A stretch of 64,000 nucleotides of DNA, taken from positions 8,060,001 through 8,124,000 of the forward strand of contig CM074515.1 of NCBI GenBank assembly GCA_037379345.1. The letters run 5' to 3'. The DNA comes from Perna viridis (taxonomy: Eukaryota). How positions within the stretch are numbered: the stretch's first letter is position 1; each line of letters opens with the position of its first letter. The notes beneath the pieces are model-generated. The model worked only from the letters and a program-made list of their open reading frames with translations, did not search any database and was not told the origin of the DNA. Below are positions 57,901 through 64,000 of this stretch, piece by piece. A program made the translations under genes and the position numbers.

Positions 57901-60504
57901 TTATTCATTTGCAAGTATAGAAAATGGAATTACAGTATTAAACTTAAACTTATCTTATTTGTTTATTATTTATTAGAATACATGTCCTTGAGATACAACT
58001 TCATATCAATACGATAAAATATTCTAGCGGTGATGTATGATTTCTCCCCATTCCAGTCTCACTTCTCCCTATCACTCCTGGAAGGGAGAAGTAAAATCTC
58101 CCATTCACTGAATCCTAGATTATGTCCTGGTGTCCTTTAATATTCATTGATATTATTTGTTTGTTTCATAATGATTCATCATTTCAATGCAACAGTGAAA
58201 CATCAGACTAAGATAACATCATATATATACAAGGGTTGGATATCTGATCACTGATGGTTAGTATGTTTTCAGTGACTGTAGATTCAATAATAACTAGGAC
58301 AGCAAGTATAAACTTTGACAATCTAAATTTCCTAGAACAGTGATATCAACTGAAATCAAACCTCTGATATATATATTACATGCAGGTATCACAAATCACC
58401 TAACTTCTTAAGATACAAGTACTTACTCATCATCACCACCATCATTTTGTTCAGCAGCTAAAGCAGCTCCTGCTGGTGGACCACAACGAGCGAGGAAACA
58501 TAAACAGGGGTCGTTCCTCATCAAGTTATACTTCTCATAACCTGAAATTTACAGGAAATATTTGTGTTAGTGTATAGTTAATTACAGAGTAAAAACTACT
58601 GTCAGAATTGACCCAATAAGAACTAAGGAGTAAATTCACTAATACTAGTTCCAGGCTTAGGCCCAAAAATAAAATGTCTGTTTTAGGGTTACATTCCTCC
58701 CAAAAATAGGGTAGGTAGGTATTTTCATTTTATTTTTTTTTTTTCATTTTATTTTTCTCAACTAAAGTTGAGCCTATATTTGTAAAATAGCATCATGTTT
58801 AAGTCATGAAAGTGTATGGTTTTAAGTAGAAAGTTTAATGTTTAACATACACATCTATTAATCATGTCTTTTATTACAATACATTTATTGTATTTTTTGT
58901 AGGAATTTTGAACAAAATATAAGTACACTGTATTTGAAAATGATACCTGCAAATACAAGTTACAAATTTCTCTGTTCATTGACATATTTTTTTAAAGAAA
59001 AAGTGAAAAATGCATATTTATATGAATAAAGTGTTATCAAAATGTTTCATTCAAGAAATGAAGAATGTCTGACCTGTATGTTATAGATGTACAAATGTAT
59101 GTCTGGTATCGTAAAATAAGTTGCAACACTTATTGTTAATGTTTTTCTGTCAACTTCTTCATGATAGAGCTCAAAAAGCTCCCCAAGTAAAATCAGTCTA
59201 CTTGGAAGTGATGACACCAAAAATTTGCTTTCTTGGTGACAGCATTTATTATATTTTAGTGCCATGATACTCGTGGCTTCCATTGCGCTCATCATCAGTT
59301 ATACGCTCGGATTTACGTGATATAAATCAGCCTTCTATTCAAACGCTTTTGTGACCTGGTTTTAAACGTACTTTTGGTTTGACCGGAAATGATCTGTATT
59401 ATACAAGAAATTGGTGGAAATTACCAATTTTGTTAATTTGGGAGAAAAAATGTATTAGGGTCGGGGGAAAAAAAATTAGGGTCAGTCGCGAAACCTGAAT
59501 CAGACATTTTTTTGGGGGGCCTTACTATTTTGCGAAAGTTTCAACTTACTATATGAAATTTTCTATTTGCCTATTTTAAATCACAAAATTTGTACTGTAA
59601 CAATCCATACATACATCTTAAATCAATGCCCACTACACAATTTTTTTTTCTCAGTGTAAAAATTCCTTTAACACTTATGGTGACATCCTCAATTCCTGAT
59701 ACCTGTAAGACAACCAACAATAATTCATGTACATAATTAAAATGCCCAATCTTAAGAGTTTATGACTTACCATGTTTAAATACACCAATCAACAGAGATC
59801 TATCAGATAGTTCATCCCACCATGGTGTTGGTGGATCCCCTTCAACAGTAGTTCTTGGAAGCTCTATTTCACTGAAACAAACATCAACACATCAACATCA
59901 GATCATTTGTAAATAAACTCTGAATAATGTGCTTGATCATATACCCTAATTTGATCATTACCCTTTCAAACAGTAGTTTGGCTCATTCTCCAGATATATC
60001 TCCACTATCATACAAACTAATGCATGAATGTCCTGTATAAGAAACATCAGACATCACGATTGTCACTGATGTGATTAGGGTTAGATCGCTAATGTCATCA
60101 CATATTCAACAAACAGGAAACTTACACTTAAAAACAATATTGCAATACCTTTGATAAGTATTAAGTCACCTCAGGAAGGAACAGCTACACACTGACTAAA
60201 TCTCAAAAGATCTTGGTAAATGATAGCTTAGTGTCTATCTATTGACCAAACTGATTCTACTTAACTTGACGGAAATTCTATTGAACTAAATGAAATAACC
60301 ACTGAATTGCATGTTCATGTACACATATGTTAAAAGATTAAATATTTTTAGTAATAGTATATATATACATGTATTATAAACTACTATAGATACCCTTTGT
60401 TTTTGTAAGATTACCTGACATCCAGTCCTTTGTTGATTTTCTCTGCAGCATCACCAATTATTTCTTCTCTTAGATAGTACAATAATCTGACTCGCAACAA
60501 CACT
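41889..60504 (-). CDS. CHD7: CHD7/CHD8/Kismet-like chromodomain helicase, 3' part (5' exons outside window). Exons: 60415-60504, 59771-59871, 58427-58541, 56791-57049, 56443-56516, 54701-54912, 54142-54355, ~53751-53884, 52283-52962, 52019-52102, ~51550-51795, 50666-50717, 49685-49818, 47996-48064, 46298-46433, 45353-45498, 43894-44001, 43496-43600, 41889-42908
   Basis: GT-AG exons join in frame and give CHD6-9 subfamily motifs: [139 protein letters not shown], two BRK domains ([35 protein letters not shown]; [36 protein letters not shown]). The symbol denotes the invertebrate CHD6-9/kismet family member. Two donor sites are ambiguous. Confidence 0.93.
44553..45272 (+). mobile_element. Helentron/HINE (DINE-1-like) element with internal ~160-bp tandem repeats
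   Basis: Subterminal inverted repeat ATACCCCAC / GTGGGGTAT, short palindrome CGCAAC..GTTGCG, GGAC/AGAC microsatellite-like tract, and about three tandem units at 44760-45200. Confidence 0.65.
52283..52962 (-). CDS. CHD7: Long acidic (Glu/Lys/Asp-rich) exon of the CHD7/Kismet-like gene
   Basis: Part of ORF 52256..53086; ttttag acceptor, gtaagt donor; in phase with neighbouring exons. Confidence 0.8.
55288..55397 (-). ncRNA. SNORD8: Box C/D snoRNA, SNORD8/SNORD9 (mgU6-53) family, predicted guide for U6 snRNA A53 2'-O-methylation
   Basis: Minus strand: AGTGTTC-ATGATGA(C)-ATTGCCATGCTAATA-CTGA(D')-...-CTGA(D)-CA-GAACACT, with a 7-bp terminal stem. GCCATGCTAAT is complementary to U6 AUUAGCAUGGC. 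Intronic and sense to the CHD host gene. Confidence 0.92.
57161..58129. mobile_element. hAT-like non-autonomous element
   Basis: TIRs CAGGGCATAATCTAGG / CCTAGATTATGTCCTG; target duplication not clear. Confidence 0.65.
58197..58257 (-). ncRNA. Degenerate box C/D snoRNA candidate related to the array
   Basis: GTGATCA-GATATCCAACC-CTTG-TATATAT-ATGATGT-TATCTTAGT-CTGA-TGTTTC; imperfect C box but colinear with the array unit. Confidence 0.4.
58657..59524. mobile_element. Non-autonomous TIR element
   Basis: Imperfect ~35-bp TIRs TTAGGCCCAAAAATAAAATGTCTG / CAGACATTTTTTTGGGGGGCCTTA. Confidence 0.65.
60041..60107 (-). ncRNA. Solitary intronic box C/D snoRNA candidate, diverged relative of the array
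   Basis: GAATAT-GTGATGA-CATTAGCGATCTAACC-CTAA-...-CTGA-TGTTTC; same size, a GATCYAAC core at the same position and the same CTGATGT end. Confidence 0.55.
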
Positions 60505-60936
60505 CTAAAAAAAGGATAGGAAAAACACATCAAGAATAAGAGACACAAGTGTAACTCAGTGTGGAACAGGTGAAATAGCAATATAAGGACTTTTCAATGC
60601 AAACATAACATGAGGCAAGTGTAATTTGTGAATGGACAAAGATATAAGCTAGCAAAGAATTTTGATAGATGTGTCACTTATCATAATTTGGTATCATGCT
60701 CAGTCCTAGAAACTTATTACAAGTTGTCCAATATTACGAGTGTATTTGCAGATTACCTCCTATCAGATAGATCCTCAGCGATGATTCTAAGGTTTAATTT
60801 GTATAGATAACTGTTGTGAGGTCTTCGACATTAAGTGACCTTGCCAAATACAAATAATAAGATATTGCAGATATAATTATTGTTTACATGTCAAAGAAGC
60901 CTTATGGTACATTTGTTAGATACACAAATCAAAACA

Positions 60937-61001
60937 GAACATCAGTTTTAAGAAATCATCACTTTAAAGTATGTGTTGGACCTCTTTATCATCATTTGTT
61001 C
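60937..61001 (-). ncRNA. Array box C/D snoRNA copy 1 (intact boxes)
   Basis: GAACAA-ATGATGA-TAAAGAGGTCCAACACATACTTTAAA-GTGATGA-TTTCTTAAAA-CTGA-TGTTC; terminal stem GAACA/TGTTC. Confidence 0.75.
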
Positions 61002-61354
61002 AAAATTACAAACATTTGCTTCAGTATTTTCTGAAAAGTACAATAAATAAAACAAGAAAATAACATACTTATCCTAAATTAAACATGTAACAATATGTTC
61101 TAGAGTTTGAAAAATTTAATGCTATCCATGGAAAGCTTCAGCATGACATTTAAATTCACAACAAAATCCAACTTTTCAGGACAAACTTAATCTGCCTATG
61201 GAAATGGGTGATGGGAATTTTTAAGACTTGAACAAGTATTTATGAATAAAAGACACCAAAGGAAAGAGTGTCATGGTTTTTCTTCAGGTCATCATCCTAA
61301 TGGAAGAGGCAACCCTTCATAATCCTGTCAATACAAAAGGACCCTAATTTATGC

Positions 61355-61415
61355 CAAACACACATAAGAAATCATCATTACTCAATATGTGTTGGATCTC
61401 TTGATCATCATATGT
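61355..61415 (-). ncRNA. Array copy 2 (box D lost; possible pseudogene)
   Basis: ATGATGA-TCAAGAGATCCAACACATATTGAGTA-ATGATGA-TTTCTTATGTGTGTTTGG; no terminal CTGA. Confidence 0.55.
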
Positions 61416-62040
61416 ACTGCTGTAATTGTATTAAACTTCTTGAGTATCCTCAAATGAAAGAACAAATTTTTGTGTTTTAATTTCCATGGTTTTGTAAAAT
61501 TATAAGCGATTCATAATATAAAATGATTAAAAATAAATGTTTAAAATTTCATTTGACTCTTTTTTTTAATTTATTTACTGCAAAAATAGCAGAATATACT
61601 TCCATGATAGTGATTCATCATTCATAAGTATACAAGAATCACTGCTTAAATCATATTTTGGGGGTTGGAGGTAAGGTTAAGGATCAAGTTTTAACAAATT
61701 ACAACCCAAATCTTAGAAAGCTAACTCTGTGACCAAACAATCCTGAGTGCAGCAAATGAGAGAAACTAGAGACACGCTCTTAAAATGAACGTTAGACAAA
61801 TAATAAATCATCACTACACACACTATTGTGGACCTCTTACTAATGTGCATCCATTCAACATACAAACATTTTTTTTTTTTGTGTGTGTTCGCGGTACCTT
61901 TGTTCAAATTCTTAGACAGGCTTTACATGACAGAACCTGTAATTGTAACAACTAGTTCAAAGGAGAAGTAGTAACCAAACAACAAAAAATCTTTACAAAG
62001 CTTTGACACCAATTTTATTTAAACAGTAGAATTACAAAAT

Positions 62041-62107
62041 GAACATCAGAAAAATAAGAAATCATCATTAAGCAATATGTGTTGGATCTCTTGATCATCA
62101 TATGTCC
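62041..62107 (-). ncRNA. Array box C/D snoRNA copy 3 (intact boxes)
   Basis: GGACAT-ATGATGA-TCAAGAGATCCAACACATATTGCTTA-ATGATGA-TTTCTTATTTTT-CTGA-TGTTC. Confidence 0.78.
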
Positions 62108-62241
62108 CAATTCAAAATTCAAAATATCAAATCTAAGTCGTGTATAGAGGCTCGTTATCTTTCTTGTAAACCAACCAGTTCTCCAGATTTATGGACACCG
62201 ATATGATCATTATAAGTATACAAACATTGGAAACAGAAAAC

Positions 62242-62306
62242 ACATCAGACAAATAAGAAATCATCATTACACAATATGTGTTGGATCTCTTGATCATCAT
62301 TTGTCC
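62242..62306 (-). ncRNA. Array box C/D snoRNA copy 4 (intact boxes)
   Basis: ACAA-ATGATGA-TCAAGAGATCCAACACATATTGTGTA-ATGATGA-TTTCTTATTTGT-CTGA-TGT. Confidence 0.78.
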
Positions 62307-62734
62307 TAATTCAAAATCCAAATAACCAAAAATATTCATGTTTGAAAGCTTTTGTTATTTTTCTTTGTGTGTATCAACCAGCAGTCTTCAATAAATTCTT
62401 ATAGAAAAATTGTTGACATTTCAAAAAATGCTGGACCAAAACAGCCTTTACTGGACTAATTTTTTTGTGTGTATTTAAGTCCCAATAGGCGATAGATTTT
62501 TACAAGAATTATGGTTCTTCCTCTTATTAAGGAGTGGAACAACATCAGACTTACACACAGCCTAAAAACAAGTTTTTCTTCTGATTAGATTGCAAAATTG
62601 TTGGTTTTGTCCATTGGAAAGTCGGTCTTCATGAAGACTGAACCAGTTCTATAGATTGTGAACACCAGTATGATCATTTTAAATCATCAAACATTTGAAA
62701 CAGAGAAAACAAGATTGATTTTTTCTCCCCAAGC

Positions 62735-62798
62735 ACATCAGATAAATAAGAAATCATCATTACACAATATGTGTTGGATCTCTTGATCATCATATGTC
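62735..62798 (-). ncRNA. Array box C/D snoRNA copy 5 (intact boxes)
   Basis: ACAT-ATGATGA-TCAAGAGATCCAACACATATTGTGTA-ATGATGA-TTTCTTATTTAT-CTGA-TGT. Confidence 0.78.
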
Positions 62799-63300
62799 CT
62801 AATTCAAAATGCAAAATAACAAATTCACGTATACAGACTTTTGTTATTTTTTTGTCTAAACCAACCAGCAGTCTTCACTAAGTCCTACAGAAAAATGGTA
62901 GACATTTTCAAGAAATGCTGGACCAAAGTACCCTTTCTCTGATCAAGGTGTGGAACAATGTCAAACTGACAGATCACTGGATAACACATCTCTGCTGGTT
63001 GGATCTCTATATTAATTGTTTTATCCACAGGACCAACAGACTTTGTGAAGACTGAACCATTACACAGATTGAGAACACCACTATAAGAAATGATTTTAGA
63101 AGGAACAACAGTTTAGCAGAAATTGGCAAAATGGGAAGTAAATAAATTTTAAAAATAAAGAATCATTATGGTAAAATCAGGATTACAAACAAAAACCAAA
63201 ACAGAAATCTGCCAAAAAGCAAAAGAATATAATCCCAGCAGTATCATCATCTCAAATCATTTACAAACATTTGTAACTAAGGAAACTGGATATTTCCCCC

Positions 63301-63361
63301 AAACAGACAAATAAGAAATCATCATTACACAGTTTGTGTTGGATCTCTTTATCATCATATG
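63301..63361 (-). ncRNA. Array copy 6 (box D degenerate, CTGT)
   Basis: ATGATGA-TAAAGAGATCCAACACAAACTGTGTA-ATGATGA-TTTCTTATTTGT-CTGT; terminal stem lost. Confidence 0.55.
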
Positions 63362-63833
63362 AATGACTTTTGAATCTTACAGAAATGCTGTAAGCCAACT
63401 ATTTTAAAAGATACTTATTCCATGTTTCAGGGTGTCAATTCAATTTTGATGCTATTTTATCTTGACTTACACTTTATCTTACATATATTTGATAATGAAG
63501 GACTATTTCATGACAATCTGTTTTCACCTCTCTTGCGAGGGGATGGGTTCTGGAAAATTTGTGAAAATAACAGACCATTAATGAATGTGATTTGATTTAT
63601 AGTATTCAGTGGAGAAAATTAAAATGTTTATTTACCTCTCATCTTTCAGAGAACATTGTAAAATAGATTGATATTTTTACAACAGAGAAGATTTTACGAG
63701 GTCAACAAAGAAAGAGGAAATTGGCAAAATCAGACGTAAATACACAGGGAAAAAAAAGAATCGTAATGGTAAAATCCAGATTTGAAATAGTGGAATTCCA
63801 CTATAAAGCAGAAAAAAATCATCCCTGTCACAA

Positions 63834-63900
63834 GAACATCAGGCATAAAAGAAATCATCATTATAAAATATGTGTTGGATCTCTTGATCATCATATGTTC
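63834..63900 (-). ncRNA. Array box C/D snoRNA copy 7 (intact boxes)
   Basis: GAACAT-ATGATGA-TCAAGAGATCCAACACATATTTTATA-ATGATGA-TTTCTTTTATGC-CTGA-TGTTC; terminal stem GAACA/TGTTC. Confidence 0.78.
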
Positions 63901-64000
63901 TCACTAAATAATAAACGAAAGGATGAAAAAGCTATTTTAAGGTGATTAAGTTGAACTAAGATTATGTCCTAGAGTTAAACATTTGAACCAAATGTATCAC

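Noticed and set aside
59895-59970. Additional C/D candidate (ATGATCA...CTGA)
   Set aside because: Imperfect C box, no family core, and it lies within the 3' splice-site region.
60937-63900. CRISPR-like repeat-spacer array
   Set aside because: Eukaryotic intron, spacers of 140-630 bp that are partly homologous to each other, and no cas genes. C/D boxes explain the repeat.

Overview
AT-rich eukaryotic (animal) genomic DNA, not prokaryotic. The repeat content suggests a mollusc, probably a bivalve (inference). Two intron-rich genes lie in tandem on the minus strand. (1) The 3' part of a CHD7/CHD8/Kismet-type chromatin remodeller: 19 coding exons from 60504 down to the stop at 41889, including the SANT/SLIDE-like region and two BRK domains. 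(2) The 5' part of a retinoblastoma-like pocket protein gene (RBL1/RBL2 type): ATG at 35366, seven exons down to 10241, a GC-AG first intron and an E2F site about 75 bp upstream of the ATG. Introns and intergenic DNA hold TIR elements/MITEs, Helentron-like repeats, a CR1/L2 LINE remnant and a decayed Penelope-like element with an N-terminal GIY-YIG domain. Most short ORFs in the track are spurious. The main unexpected signal is a set of box C/D snoRNAs in the CHD introns. One is a clear U6-A53 guide (SNORD8/9-like, 55288-55397). The other is a tandem array of at least seven compact, near-identical C/D RNAs in what appears to be a single intron (60937-63900), with two diverged relatives in downstream introns. 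Their conserved GAGATCCAAC element can pair with the 18S rRNA GUUGGAUCUC segment (inferred target). All coordinates were read by eye and may be off by a few bases.
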